In this document: positions 20,031 through 39,532 of the stretch, one piece after another
How positions within the stretch are numbered: the first letter of the stretch is position 1
Layout of the letters: each line of letters opens with the position of its first letter
Assembly (NCBI RefSeq): GCF_009914755.1
Contig: NC_060926.1
DNA from: the human T2T-CHM13v2.0 reference genome, Homo sapiens
DNA length: 64,000 nucleotides
Direction: 5' to 3' (one strand)
The notes under the pieces: model-generated
What the model was told of the DNA's origin: nothing
What the model saw: only the letters and a program-made list of their open reading frames with translations
The model's database searches: none
Position numbers and translations under genes: made by a program

Positions 20031-21605
20031 CCAGGCTGCTGTGGGGTCCAAGGCCTATGGAGGTCCCTTGTGGACTTGAGTGTTGCCTCCTTATACACTC
20101 TGGGCAGGCAGCTCCCTGTATCAGTCTATATGCCTGGGGGTCAGGAGGGATCTCCCATCCCAGGATTGCACAGGTCCCCGCAGGAAGTGTAGATCCCCCA
20201 GGGGCTCTCACTCACTATGGAAACCATTTAGTTGCCCATAGTAATGTGGTTGAATTCTCTTTAACTGCCTTATACATGTTTATAAGTTGCTGTTTGAATC
20301 CCCTTCCCAGGACATGACTGGTAATTGTGTGTGGTTTGTATTAATTTTGTTCCTTGGAGCTTGGAGAAGCCAGAGAGGGAGTAGGTGATTCTAGGACTCT
20401 GTGCAACCTCCTGAAGTGACATTTTTCTCTGCGATTGTTTTAAAACTCACAAACTGATGGCTGCTTTAGCAATTGCAGGGTAAGGGAAATACCTAGTTCT
20501 ATGGGACGTGCCCTTGAGGTTTTGCTTTTGTACTTCTTTAAGGTGGCTGTTGGCTGCTTTGGTGGCTTCCTAGTGTACAGTAATATTGCTGGGCCTGATT
20601 TTTTTTCTAGCAAATCTTCATAATGCAGCTAAGCTATTCAGATCTAAGAGATAATTTTCCAGACATTTTTCTGATTTCTTTCTGGCTAGAAGGAGTATAT
20701 GATTAATCTTCATTCAAGCTGGGGCAGAAATGCTGTTTTCTTTTTTAAACAGGGTTGCATGTCTCTAGTTGAGAAGTTTATCTCTTACCTTAGTCACCTT
20801 TTCTGTCAAAAGTGGGCTATCCGTAGGGTATTTTGAATGTAATGACTCACCTTTCACCCTCTGTATGTATGATCCTTTGTGGAGAAAGAACTGTGTATTA
20901 GCTCTAAATTTGTGATATGAGTTGAGCCCCTTCTCTGGATTCTGAAGATTCTTTTCATGTTTTGTTTGTTTGTATATTTCATTCATGGAAGAGGAGATTC
21001 ATTATACCTGTCTATTTCCTAAAATCCATCACCTGTTTTCTCAGTGTTTCTCTCTCTCCTATTTACTCAGCTTCTCTGTATCTATAGGCTGCTTCCTCTT
21101 CACTGGAACCATGCTTTAGTCATTCCTCACATGGACTGGGGAGGACAAGTGTGACAGGATGGCTTCTGTTGATGTTTCTACTGCCTTACATCTTTCTCTT
21201 TATTACCAAATATGTAATCTTTTATTAAGTATAAAGATAAAAGGATAGTTAAATATAAAGAGTTCAACAACATAGAAAATAAAAAGGCCTTGTAATTCAT
21301 CCGTAATTCTCCCCATCCTGAAATAGTCCTGATTAACATTTTATATATAATCTTCCAGTTTTATATTTTATGATTCACATACCTTGTTTTATTTTAAAAA
21401 ATGGAATTATACCAGGTGATTTGAAAGTCTTATTTTCAACTTTTGTTTGTTTTGAAACTGTTCATTTAATATATCATAATAGACATCTTTCTGTGTGAAA
21501 TACAGATTTATGTAGTCTTTTTTATTGCTTTATGAGTTCCATTGTATACTTATACTGTTTAATTAGTTCCCTAATAACAGATATTTAAATCATTTAAAAT
21601 ATTTC

Positions 21606-27740
<6,135 letters not shown>

Positions 27741-28134
27741 GGTGGTTTTGAAGTTCATCACTTTTTTTAGCTATCTCCAGGCCTCCTTATCTCACATGAA
27801 AATTATATGCAAGTGTCACTTCAGAATTTCCTTCTGAAGATGCATCAGACTAATGTTTGGCTAGCATTCTCTTCAGAGTTTTTCCAGGCCCAGTGAAAAT
27901 AGCCAGGCTTTTTTTGTCTTACCACCTTACAACAAACAGCTTAAGTCCTATCCAACTACTACATTCTCCCAACACAGATACAAGGCAGCATGTTCACATT
28001 ATCTCAAGCTTCCTCCAAATACATCTCAACAGTTAGAATTGGATTAGAAAGAGGACTTGTTGGCTTGCTTATCCTGTGGGTAACTGTGACATTGATTGCA
28101 GGTAATAATAACAAGATCTCTTTTATTTTTCTAG

Positions 28135-28255
28135 GTGGCAAACCATGTGATTTCTTCTGACTCTATTTCCTCTTCTGCCAGTAGTTTCCTGAGCTCGAAC
28201 TCTACTTTTTGCAACAAGCAGAATGTACACATGTTAAACAAGGGCACACAAGCAG
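28135..28255 (+). pseudogene. ALMS1P1: Exon 17 homologue (121 nt)
   Basis: ttttctag|GTGGCA...AAGCAG|gtaatt; VANHVISSDSISSSASSFLSSNSTFCNKQNVHMLNKGTQA. Confidence 0.9.
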
Positions 28256-29413
28256 GTAATTACTTGAATCTGAACTTTTTCATTGAAATACATTGAAATG
28301 GCTCTTAAACATATAAGATACTCAACCTCAATCATAATAAAGGACATGAAGTTAAAACTATATCCAACTGCCAATTTTCATCTTATCAGATTGGCGTGAA
28401 TTCAAGTGTGATGGCAAGTTTGTGGGCAAGAGTGTAGGGAAGTGTGTTCCCTTGTATATTCCAGTGGGAGTAGAAGTTGGTTTACTGTGAAAGACAATTT
28501 GACAGGTCCTGTCAAAATTACTTTCACTCAGCATTTTTACCTTTGAAATGTCTGCTATAGATATACTATGAATATGTGGATTTTAACCTATAGATATACT
28601 TGCATATGTGCAAAATAGTGTACAAAATTAACCACTGAAACATTGTTTTTTATAGCAGAAGATTAAAATGAATTTAGGTATTCCTCAATAGCTGAATGAT
28701 TACATAAATTATTGTATATCTGGATAATGAATGAAATTCTACATAGAATGAGGAAGCTCTCTGTTTACTAACGTGGAAAGATCTCCAAGGCATATAACTG
28801 ATTTTAAGAAAAGGTACAGAACAGTGTATAGCATACTACAATATGAGTTTTTTTAAATAAAAGAAATAAAGGAGGGAAGAGAATTGCTTAAATGTGCAAA
28901 ATGAATTCTCTGGAACCATATGGGGTTGTGAACAGAGTAAATGGAGACCAGAAGTGGGAAGGAGGATTTTTAGCTATTGCCTTTCTATACTTTTGGTTTC
29001 ATAAAATAAAAATAAATAAACTTTCTTGATTTGTTTCTTCCCCTCAAATCCTGTCTTTACTTCTGTCAACCTCTTCCATACCTGGGTGACTACCAAAAGG
29101 ACTCTAAGTATTTATTGTCTTTCTGCCTTGGGATCCAGGTGGAAATTCTTTACCCTTTGAACCCATATTCATTCTTCTTTCCCTCTCATACCTAAAATGA
29201 CTTACAAATAAAACCCTTTCTTTTTTCTTCTCCCTCTTTTTCCCTCCTACTCTCCCCTGTCCTTCCTTCTTTTCCTCTCTCTTCCCATCACTCCATCCCA
29301 CACAAAGGGATTGTATTTTTGAAACATTAAAAAGGTTCACATACTCACTTGAATAAACCTGTCAACTCAGCCTCAAGGTTACTCCCAGAGACACCTGTGA
29401 TCCTTCCCCTCAG

Positions 29414-29600
29414 GTAACTTGGAGATTGTGAACGGTGCCGAAAAACACACTCGAGCCAACTCCAAGTTCCAGCGAGGCTAAATTGGAAGAGGACAGTGAT
29501 GTGACTTCTTGGTCAGAAGAAAAACATGAAGAGAAAATGCTCTTTACCAGTTATCCTGAGGACAGAAAGTTAAAAAAGAACAAGAAGAATGCCCATGAAG
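29414..29600 (+). pseudogene. ALMS1P1: Exon 18 homologue (187 nt; inferred 17-nt deletion gives TAA at 29479-29481)
   Basis: cccctcag|GTAACT...ATGAAG|gtcagt; GNLEIVNGAEKHTR, then PTPSSSEAKLEEDSDVTSWSEEK in another frame; intervening ALMS1 residues DVGITF missing. Confidence 0.88.
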
Positions 29601-29912
29601 GTCAGTTTCTCATTCCAGATCTTGTAGTAGAGAAACTAGTGAATTTCAAGTCCCCTGCAATGCTGACTCTGTGTTTCCAAGTGATTCTATGTGACCTCCA
29701 CCTACCCCCAGTCACCACCTTGTCAGATTTTCGAAGTCCAGCATGGCAGTTACACAGTCATCCCTGCAGTGAAACCAAACTCAAGGGCACCCTGTGGCCG
29801 CTGACAGCTGAGACCCCTGAGAGCCTGTATTATATGCATCTCCTTGATGAAAGCCAGGTGGGGCTGTAAAAAGTGAAAATTCTGTTTTACTTCTAAAAAC
29901 TATTTCCTGTAG

Positions 29913-30155
29913 GAGTTTCCTGGTTTGTTCCTTTGGAAAATGTGGAGTCTAGATAAAAAGAAGGAAAACATGCTCAAGACTCATGACCCTGGCATCTCCC
30001 GGTTGGAACCAGTAACCAAGACCAAGCCGTGGAGGGAGCCACTGTGGGAGCGGAACTGGCAGGGGCAGCACCTGGACAGTCGGGGCTACCTGGCAGGCCC
30101 AGGCAGAGAGGATGGCAGAAACCCACTGAAGCTGTTTGTGAGAGCAACCCTGCAG
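29913..30155 (+). pseudogene. ALMS1P1: Exon 19 homologue (243 nt; TAA at 29954-29956 and a +1 shift)
   Basis: cctgtag|GAGTTT...CTGCAG|gtgcag; VSWFVPLENVESR*, then KKENMLK...PWREPL...FVRATLQ. Confidence 0.88.
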
Positions 30156-30916
30156 GTGCAGTGACGTTTACTTAACTTTAGCCCTACGTGTAGGGAGAAG
30201 AAGGGTAAGGCGCAGAGAAGCTGGCTCTGTGACTTGGCGAGCTGAGGTGTAGGCCTGAGACGCTCTTTTCCAGCACCTCCGCAGTTCACCTGTTTTCACA
30301 CGTGAGAACTGAGTTTCTCATCATCTGTCAAAGGCTGCCTTACTCTTAGCCATAGATGGTGCATCACTGTCAGGATCTGGAGACAAGGGCACAGGAGGGA
30401 GGATTTGTGGCTCTGCTCATTGGGTTTGTGGGTCCCTGTGTGTGGAGGGCCCAGAGGCCTGATGCTTGTGCAGCCTCATGCATGTTCCTCCATGTCCGCA
30501 GCTCCTGTTTCTGCTCCATGTCGGATTTAAAGGAAACCAAGTCTCTTCTGATGTGTCCCTCTGGGGATAAAGGAAAAGTTATTAATGATGTATTTGTTTG
30601 AATAGATCTTTAAAATAGCAGCATGGGCAGAGCTGTATTGCGTTGATGTTTCAGAGAGTTGTAATCGCCATAGTCTTAGTTCCTGGCCTATGCTGAAGGC
30701 ATGTCTTTGATCCCTGTGGGTTCCAAGCTGCAGCTCTCCGCCATAGAGAGGTGTCAGAGGTTTCTTCAACTCTAGGTATTTTCTCGGCATTTGAATCAGG
30801 CTTCCCCAGACCTCTTGGGTAGGTGGTGTGTTTCCAGCCATATGGAGAGTAGATTGCATCATTAATCTGAGGCTGGGTATTTTCTCTCTCTCTCTCTTTT
30901 TTTTTTTTTTTTTAAG

Positions 30917-31100
30917 GAATCGCTTCAGTTTCACAGACCTGACTTCATCTCCCACATTGGGGAGCGGATAAAGCGTCTGAAGTTAATAGTCCAGGAGAGA
31001 AAGCTGCAGAGCATGTTAAAGAGCGAGCGGGATGCGCTATTCGACATTGACAGGGAACGGCAGGGCCACCAGAATCGCATGCGCCCACTACCCAAGAGAG
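30917..31100 (+). pseudogene. ALMS1P1: Exon 20 homologue (184 nt, open; start of ALMS motif)
   Basis: poly-T aag|GAATCG...AGAGAG|gtacgc; ESLQFHRPDFISHIGERIKRLKLIVQERKLQSML...PLPKR. Confidence 0.92.
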
Positions 31101-31945
31101 GTACGCCCTGCCCGTTCACTTTCCTGTGAGTGGAATAGAGAAGGCAAGGTCTGCTGCTGTGCTGCAGAGCCCTGCTAAAGGCCAGCCCAGGCCAGTTACC
31201 TGGGCAGACAGCAACCTTTTGCTTGCCAAGACTCAAACCTTCTTAGCTAACAGAACCTCCCCACCTTAGCCGTCAGCACATTCATGATCCAAGTAAGCCC
31301 AGTTACTCTAGCCCTGTCACTGCATCTTAAACCAGCTCTGTCTGTGAGCAAGTTAGTTCCAAAAGTATATTGATTTTTCCTGAAAAGATGGGGCTGATTC
31401 CAGGCTTGCCTACCTCTTAGGATGGTAATAATGATAATAATAAACACATAGTCCTTACATCTTGCCCAGGCACTGTTCACATTAGCGCTTACAGCACTCT
31501 CAGTAGGTACTATTAATATATCTACTTTATAGTGAGAAAACTGAATCAAAGGGAGATTAACTACCTCTCCCAAGGTGACATACTCAGGTGTGCTGCTCTG
31601 GAGTCTGCATTCTTAACAATTATGGTAAGCAGATCTTGATAAAATAATGAAAGCTGTGAAAACTACAAAGTACTATCTAATTCTTTCATCAAGCCTTACC
31701 TGGAAACTGGCCAGTTTTTTAATTCAAAGCCTAGTCTTTGCTACAGAGTGTTAGGTCCTTAGGGCCTTAGGCTGCTGTCCTGTTACCCTAGTCTAACCCT
31801 GGCTTGCCTTGGTCATTGCTCCCCACTCAGTCTTGCCAGCTCAGGGTAGGGGCACCAAGTCCTAGCAGCTCCCTCTCCCAGCTCTTGCACCACACCCTCT
31901 GGGTTAAGTCACTGTCCACTGAAAACCCTTTCTTCTCTTCCTTAG

Positions 31946-32009
31946 TCTTCCTGGCTGTCCAGAAGAACAAGCCTATCAGCAAGAAGGAAATGATTCAGAG
32001 GTCCAAACG
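31946..32009 (+). pseudogene. ALMS1P1: Exon 21 homologue (64 nt, open)
   Basis: ttccttag|TCTTCC...CAAACG|gtaaga; (V)FLAVQKNKPISKKEMIQRSKR. Confidence 0.92.
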
Positions 32010-32279
32010 GTAAGACCAAGAAAACAAGAGTTTGTGTACAAGTGTTAACCAGGCCACCAAGTGGTCAGGAGCTCTGGCTTGCACCCAGAATAAAGGCATT
32101 ATGCTCAAATTTAAACATTATGAGAAAGTTGTGAGAGTCATTTCTCACTTATGGCACTGAAAAAAAAAGTAGCACATCATGGTATGAATGACTCATATGC
32201 AAAAGATGAAAAACTTCTCATTAATTTGCATATCTTAGGCTCCTCTTTATTAACCTAAATGTAAATAAAGAATATTTTA

Positions 32280-32571
32280 GGCCAGGTGCGGTGGCTCACG
32301 CCTGTAATCCCAGCACTTTGGGAGGTCAAGGTGGATAAATCACTTGAGGTCAGGAGTTCGAGACCAGCCTGGCCAACATGGTGAAACCCCGTCTCTACTA
32401 AAAATACAAAAAGTAGCCGGGCGTGGTGGTGCACGCCTGTAATCCCAACCACTCAGAAAGCTGAGCCAGGAGGATCCTTTGAACCTGGGAGGCAGAGGTT
32501 GCAGTGAGCTTAGATGGCACTACTACACTCCAGTCTGGGTGACAGAGCGAGACTCCATCTCAAAAAAAAAA
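32280..32571 (+). mobile_element. AluSx-like
   Basis: Full Alu with A tail; TSD-like AAGAATATTTTA / AAGATTATTTTA. Confidence 0.92.
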
Positions 32572-32953
32572 GATTATTTTAAAATAAAATTAAATATGTA
32601 TTTGGGTTATTATACCTTTTATCTTAGCAATCCCATTTCTTGGAATTGATCCCATAGGGTGAGAAAGAACAGTGTTCTCCAGAACATATTAAGTTAAACT
32701 TTTTTAAAAAATTAAATTTTCGAAGTATGTCAACACTGTTTCCATTTGTGGTCTTTAAAAGTAAGTATTTGTGCCTATGTAGACGTGTATACTTTTATAT
32801 GCATAGAATATTTCTGGAAGACAGAAAAACCTGATAATACTGATTGCCTTTGGAAAGGAGAACTGATGTAGGATGTAGTAGATTTTTTGACTTTTTGAAT
32901 GTTGTGTCATGAGGAACGAACATTAGTTACTCATAAATTAATTCATTTGAGTG

Positions 32954-33120
32954 TTGGATGTGGTGGTACATTTCTGTAATCCTACCTACTCAGGAGTCTT
33001 AGGTGAGAGAATCTCTTAAGCCCAGGAATTTGAGACTGCAGTGAGCTATGATCACACCATTACGCTCTGGCCTGGGTAACAGACTGAGACTCTGTATCTA
33101 AAAAATAATAAATAATATTT
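32954..33120 (+). mobile_element. Alu monomer (FRAM-like)
   Basis: Single right-arm-type Alu sequence; TSD-like AATTAATTCATTT. Confidence 0.7.
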
Positions 33121-33379
33121 TAAAAAATTAATTCATTTCAGATATTGATATATTGATCATGGGAATGCCAGAGAATAAGTTAAGGTTGACTTTTTTAGGT
33201 GTTCATTAGAGACTTGCTTTAATGAGAATAGTTTCTTAGTTGGCATAATGCTTCTGAAGTAAAGGTACTTTAAAACAGTTTATCTTACGGACTTTAAGCA
33301 TTCCTCTTGAAATCTTGTTTTTACTCTTTCTAGTCAGTCTTTATAGGCAATCCAAAGGGATGCTTTGGATGCTTTAGTC

Positions 33380-34267
33380 CAGTGGTTCTCAGAGAGTGGT
33401 CTGTGGAGTCCTGGAAGTCGCTGAGACCCTTTCAGGCAATTTGCAAGGTCAAAACTAATTTCAGAATGACACCAGGATGTTCTGTGCCTTTTTTGCTGTG
33501 TTGGCTATTTGCACTGATGATGCAAGAGTACTGGGAGAGGAGTAAAACCATTGGTGTCTTACCACTATTCAAGACGGTGGCACCAAACCGTACTAGTCTA
33601 ATAGGCATTGTATCCTGCACAGCCTCCCGCCAGGAGTGTGATGGAAGAACAAGGAAGCAGTGTAAATGGAGGTACACGGGAAGCACTTCCTTTGCACCGT
33701 GAAAGATGATGACTGTTTCAAGGAAAAGCACTTATGCCATGGTTTGTGTCGTGAGCTGAACCAGCTGCCTTTGTCATGGAACATGACTTTTAATTGAAAG
33801 AGTAACTGACAGAAAACCAATTATTCTGACTTGTGTTTAGCAGACATTTTCTTGAAAATGAAGAAGTGACTCTCTGACTTCAGGAAAATGTCTGACAGTA
33901 TCTGTTGCCAAAGAAAATGTGAGTTTTCAAGCCAACAATAGAATTCTAGAAAACTTGTATTCACCACCATGGGCTTGATGACATCTTAGTACTTAGACCT
34001 TTCTGACGAGATAGCAGTGACATTAACAAATGTGACGTTTTTCATGTTATCTAAATACATTTGTCAACATTTGGAAGATCTGCACAACTCCCTGGACCAG
34101 GATTTTCCAAATGATTGTTGCTTTTTGTTACAAAATCAGGGAATAGATAGAAGATTCAAATAGTACAAGATAGACTGATGGATTTTTATGTAACAGAATA
34201 GGAAAAGTTTGCTGACATGCTTTCAGATTCCACCTTGCAACTAATTTTTAAGAAACTACCACTTGTC
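33380..34267. mobile_element. Charlie1-like hAT DNA transposon fragment
   Basis: Begins CAGTGGTTCTCA...GAGACCCTTTCAGG...GGTCAAAACTA; ends abruptly at an Alu stub. Confidence 0.65.
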
Positions 34268-34556
34268 AGCCAGGCACAGTGGCTCACGCCTCATAAAATG
34301 AGTTGGAATGAAGTTTTTCTTTCTTATTCTCTAGAAGAATGTAATGTAATTTATTGCTTAAATAATTAGGAGAATTCACCAGTGAAACCCATCTGGGCCT
34401 GGATTTTCTTTTGTGGGATTCATTTTTTTCAATAACTATTCAGATTTCAGTTTTTCTTTTATGCCAAGGTTTAGTAAGTTGTGTTTTTTACGTAATTTGT
34501 TCATTTCCTAGAAATTTACAAATTGATGATCCAATGTTATAATATCCTTTTGTTAT

Positions 34557-34856
34557 CTTTTTTTTTTTTTTTTTGAGACGGAGTCTCGCTCTGTCGCCCT
34601 CAGGCTGGAGTGCAGTGGCACGACCTCGGATCACTGAAAGCTCCACCTCCCAGGTTCACACCATCCTCCTGCCTCAGCCTCCCCAGTAGGTGGGACTACA
34701 GACATCCGCCACCACGTCTGACTAATTTTTTGTATGTTTAGTGGAGACAGGGTTTCACTGTGTTAGTCAGGATGTTCTCGATCTCCTGACCTCGTGATCA
34801 GCCCTCTTCGGCCTCCCAAAGTGCTGGGTTTACAGGCATGAGCCCCTGCACCTGGC
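34557..34856 (-). mobile_element. AluY-like, inserted in an old L1 fragment (34292-35060)
   Basis: AAGCTCCACCTCCCAGGTTCACACC Y-type motif; TSD CCTTTTGTTATCTTT. Confidence 0.88.
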
Positions 34857-35064
34857 CCTTTGTTATCTTTTTAATGTCTGGACGTTCTAGGATCTGTAGT
34901 GATGTTCCGTTTTTATTCCTGATATTATTTTTGCCTCCTGTCATTTTTACCTGATCACTCTTTCCAAGGGGTATATAAATTTCACTAGTATTGTCAAATA
35001 ACCCACTTTGGGTTTTATTGATTTTTCTCTATCGTATATTGGTCTTATATTGATTTTTTGTTGT

Positions 35065-37250
35065 TTATTTTGGGGCCGTAGCAGGAGCCACAGCCAGCTC
35101 CACATAGTTCAGAGGGCCTGGCAAGTATGGAGGAAGACCCTTGCTTTCCCCTGGAGGTGCTGAGAGTTTAATTCCCGAGGAAGTAAGGGGATTATTTCCC
35201 TGTATTGGCAAAGGTTCTAGTTTTTGAGTAGAACTAGAGGACCTCACTTCTCTTGAAGGAGAAGTAGAGAGGCTCCTCCTCATTCCCTTCCCTACAAGTC
35301 CCCACGTGACTGATTCTTCCTCTCCAGGGGCTTCTAGAATTAGCAACATTGTTCCCTTTGATCCTTTGGCTGATTACATATCCTGCATTTCTTCTGTAGG
35401 GCTGGGTGTTGATAGAGGGCCATAAGACATTATACATAAGGTATTTTATCCCATTTACCTTGTTTCTTACAAAATAAGTCCCAGTTGGAGAATTGTAGTA
35501 TTAATGTATGTAAGTAACTCATGTTCAGACCATCTCTCTTGATTCCGTAGGGAACACTGGGGCCACATGGTATTACAGTAATATATCATTTGCTTTTTGG
35601 TCATGGATATGGGTATCCAAATAGTTTCCAGTGCTGGAGGAGGCACTGTAACGGGCTCTCCTCCAGTATTGAGACCTGGTTCCCCATATTCTAGGGTCTT
35701 TGCCCAGAAGGCTGATTCCACCCTCCAAGAAGCTTCCACTGGGGATTAGTGATGACACAAATCCTGTAACTCTTAGCCTGTAGGATATTTCTGGTCCTTT
35801 CAGCTTGCTGCTACACGCAGGCCACTATGGAGTGGAGGTGCTGGGAAGCTAGGAGAGGACAATAGGGGTTGCCTCTCCCTGGATCATGTTCAGTCTGGGT
35901 AGCTTCCCTGGAAATCTCATGGAGATTCCACAGTAGTTCCGGATCCAGCTTGAGTGGTGGGAGGTATGTAAATCAATCAAGTAAGCAAGGTGTTCTTTCT
36001 GGAGAGGGTGCACACTCTGCTCATGTAAAGTCTACATCACTGTATTTTGGTTCCAGGAATTCCCACCCAAACTGCCCCATTCTAAATTAGGCCTCTTCAA
36101 ATCAATAACAGTTCTTCTGTGACTGCTGGAAAATGGAAGCCCAATATTTTAGGGATTACCACAGACTAAGGAGAAGGGAATCCAGACTTCACATGCATTC
36201 AGGCCACAAAGAAACACAAGTATTGGCAAAAGTGACAAGCATTCAGCCTACAGATATACCAGACAGGGACAAAGTCTTAAAGATGAGAGTCCTCGTCTTT
36301 ATATTAGGGCTTCCCCTGTTAAAATGGATGGAGACATCTCTCAACTCCTAGACCTGAAGGGGAGTCCTGCCCATTCCCAACAATCCTGGATCCCTTGAGC
36401 TAGGTCCTAAACCTGACAACCCAGAGTCCTAATAATCAAAACCAAAACCACTCTTTTAGTCAGTTCACAGAACCACCACCACTTACTGCCTCAAAGTTGC
36501 ACCAAATGAAAGGTCCAAGCAGCCACTTCTGCTTTCCTGGTGGGCTGGGGGGATGGGGTTGGCATGCCTGAGCCCCTTCACCAATCTCCCTCTTGGCAAC
36601 TTAACCCACTCATGCTTCCTCAGACTGCTGCTTCGCCTGTAAGCAGCCTATAAGGGAGGTCGAGTCAGGGCTCAGTCCATAGTCCCATCTGGATCAACCA
36701 GATTTGTTTCCCAGGCCCTCCCACCCCACTGCCTCCAAAAAAAAAGCGGGGTTTGTTTGCCTGGTGAGTAACAAAAGTCGCTGAGAACACAGATTTTGAT
36801 CAATAGGAGTTTTATTACTTGTCACAAGTAGGAAGAGCTCTGGGAATATTCGTCAAAGCAGTGTCTCCTAAGAGAAAATGACAGGAAGGCTTTATAGAGT
36901 GATCGAGAGGGGAGAAGGTGCATCATCACATGAAGAGGAGGGGTCCCAGTGACACAGATGGAGGGAGTCATCGTGCCACCACATAGGACGCATGCTATGG
37001 TAATGAAACTATAGCTCTCCCAGGGTGCAGGATTTAGCATTGTAATGAGGAAAGTTCACTGTAAGTGAGTTCATCTATAAGTTGCTGGGGTCTGTCAGGA
37101 GCAGGTTCCAACTGACTAGGTGACCACATTTCACACAGGGTTTGAGACAAAACCGTCTGCAAGGCAGAAGGCTGTAAAACGGGCTAATTGCTCAAATTCA
37201 TTAAATTCCTTCACTCCCTGGGGGCCCGCCCTGTCTTGTCTATATAGCCA
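35065..37250 (-). mobile_element. Truncated ERV1-class provirus: LTR (~36704-37250), tRNA-Arg-like PBS (36682-36700), leader and gag MA remnant
   Basis: Peptide TKKQMIYYCNTMWPQCSL..ERWS..TTILQL is gammaretroviral MA-like; GTCCCATCTGGATCAACCA resembles tRNA-Arg 3' end GTCCCATCTGGGTCGCCA. Confidence 0.75.
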
Positions 37251-38506
37251 GTCCTTAGGAAGTGAGGCCAAGCTGAACTGTTGACACAGTCTATGTCTTT
37301 ACGAGTCTGGGAGCTGGGTGATTTTACCTCTGATGCTAGACTTATTTTTACTGGTTTTGAAGCCTTGCTTACAGCCCTTTCCCAGTTTCTCACGAAATAC
37401 TCATGAAAGGGGATGGTGGGGAGTGGGCATGGGGAAAAGGGAATGATATTAAAATTAAAGCTAACATCATTGGCCTCTAGGGGGCACTCATGGCTCATCT
37501 CCATAGCCCTTGGCTCTTGCAGCTGCCCAAGATGAGAGTCCTGATCTAAGGAAACTCCACCACCACCAAGGCTGGGGTGGTGGCAATGGGGGCATTATTT
37601 TCCAAACCTGACTAGGCTACATTTTAAGGGGATCATAGTCACAGAGAACATAGATGTGGACTATTAATTTCCTTTGCCTGAGCAGCCGTAGCCCTATGTG
37701 CTCCTCTCCAGCCTTTCAGGGAGCTATGATGGGCCAAAAAATGCTCAGTAGCCCAAGCCATCTCCTCCATAGACACTGGAGTAAAATCTCTGCCTATGGG
37801 TGTGTGTGTCTTGTCTTACTCTATCCTGGATTTGTTTCCTCCAATGCTGGTGGCTTTACTTTAGATAGTCTGATTGTTGCAGAGATGAGACCCAAGGCTC
37901 CACTCTGGAGAAAATAGAGCCCTCTTGAGAGGTCAGCCCAACTTGCTAGACTTCTGCATGGGGCTTGGGGTTCAATGTTCCAGCCTGTCCCCAAAAAGTC
38001 ATGGCCAAATTCACATATTCCTTTGATCCCTGATGGTGTCTCATCACACAGTTCGTCTGGCCTCACCATTGCTCCACTAAGTCCAGGAACCTCAAGGAAC
38101 TATGAGACAGGTAGGGCTAGACTTAACAAAATGGCTATCACAGTCTTCATTTCATGAGACAGAGGTGAACTGAGAAAAGGTGGAAGGTGCTTCAGAGACT
38201 TCTCTGTATTCATCCCTAACTTAGGCAGAGAGCCTTGGCCACACAGGAAACTGGGGAAGACCCCTCTCTTACTCAGGAGTCCCCCACACTGGTGCCATCT
38301 TATGACAGGCAGGCATCAGCTTCAGAGCCAGTCAAACAGTTAGGAATAGCAAACATTGCTCCAGAATTTGTTGGGGTTTTTTTTCCCCTGAATTTGATAG
38401 TAAGCTCCACATAGGCAAGAATGACAACCATCTTGTTCTCCTTGTTTCTCTGGAGTCTAACACAACATGTAGCACGTGGTTGGCCCAATAAGAATTTGTC
38501 GAATGG

Positions 38507-38645
38507 GGGCCAGATGTGGTGGCTCATGCCTGTAATCCCAGCACTTTGGGAGGCTGAGGTGGGAGAGTCGTTTGAGGCCTGGAGTTCAAGATCAACCTGT
38601 TCAACATAGTGAGACCCCTATCTTCTTTTTTTTTTTTTTTTTTTA
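38507..38645 (+). mobile_element. Alu monomer (FLAM_C-like) followed by a T tract
   Basis: GGCCAGATGTGGTGGCTCATGCC...GAGACCCCTATCT. Confidence 0.8.
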
Positions 38646-39532
38646 AAGTGGAGTTTGTTGAATGGCACACAGAAAATAAACAATCCAAATGACAGATCAG
38701 AGGTGCTGGAAAAGACCAGGGAGATCTAATCGTTAAATCAGGTCATCTAAATATTAAGAGGAGACATTTGGACATCTGATAGAATTTGGCATTGAATAAG
38801 TGATAAATACACAGAAAACTGAACAACGGCAAAAAGAAAAGTATCAGTTCTAAGGGAAAAGATACAAATCAAAAGCCTTCAGGAAAGGATAAGTCATCAT
38901 GGCTTACTGTATAGCTTAGCTTAAAATAACACAGAATAGTGAAGTAGCCCAAAGGGCCATCTAACCACACTGGGAAGCTGAGCAGGGGAGGAGTGCGTAT
39001 ATGCATGGAGGAGACTTGTCTTCACCCTCCTCAGCAGCTGACAGCAGGCAGGCTAGACCTGGACAATGGAGCAGGAGTCACACAGCCTGTGAAAGAAGTG
39101 CTGGGGAATGTAGGGGCTGCTGTTTCACATGACAGAGCCATTGAACCCTGGCTGTTTATAATAGTTACATACATAATTTTAATAGAAATAAAAACCAAAA
39201 AGAAAAAAGACTTAAACATGAAAGGCAAAACCATTACAATTTTTAGAGGAAAATATAAGAGAGTAAGAACAGAAAAATGTCTTAAGGCACAAAGTGCTAA
39301 CCATAAAGAAAAAGATTGATAAATTCATCTTGATAAATTTTTTGTTTATCAAAAGGCACCATAAAGACAGTGAAAAGACAAGGCACAAAATGGGAGAAGA
39401 TAATTGCAGCACATCTGACCAGCAAAGAATTTGTATCCAGAATATATAAAGAACTTCTATGAGTCGGTTTTTTAAAAACACAATTTATATTTAAGTCTCT
39501 TTAAAACAAATAGACAATTCATAGAAATATGG

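Larger units (their letters stand above)
28135..32009 (+). pseudogene. ALMS1P1: ALMS1 unprocessed pseudogene; homologues of ALMS1 exons 17-21
   Basis: Five AG/GT-bounded exons translating to recognisable ALMS1 C-terminal sequence, with frameshifts and stops in the exon 18 and 19 homologues. Confidence 0.93.

Noticed and set aside
29435-29869. 144-aa ORF over ALMS1P1 exon 18
   Set aside because: Starts at GTG, reflects the frameshifted exon and reads through the donor into the intron.
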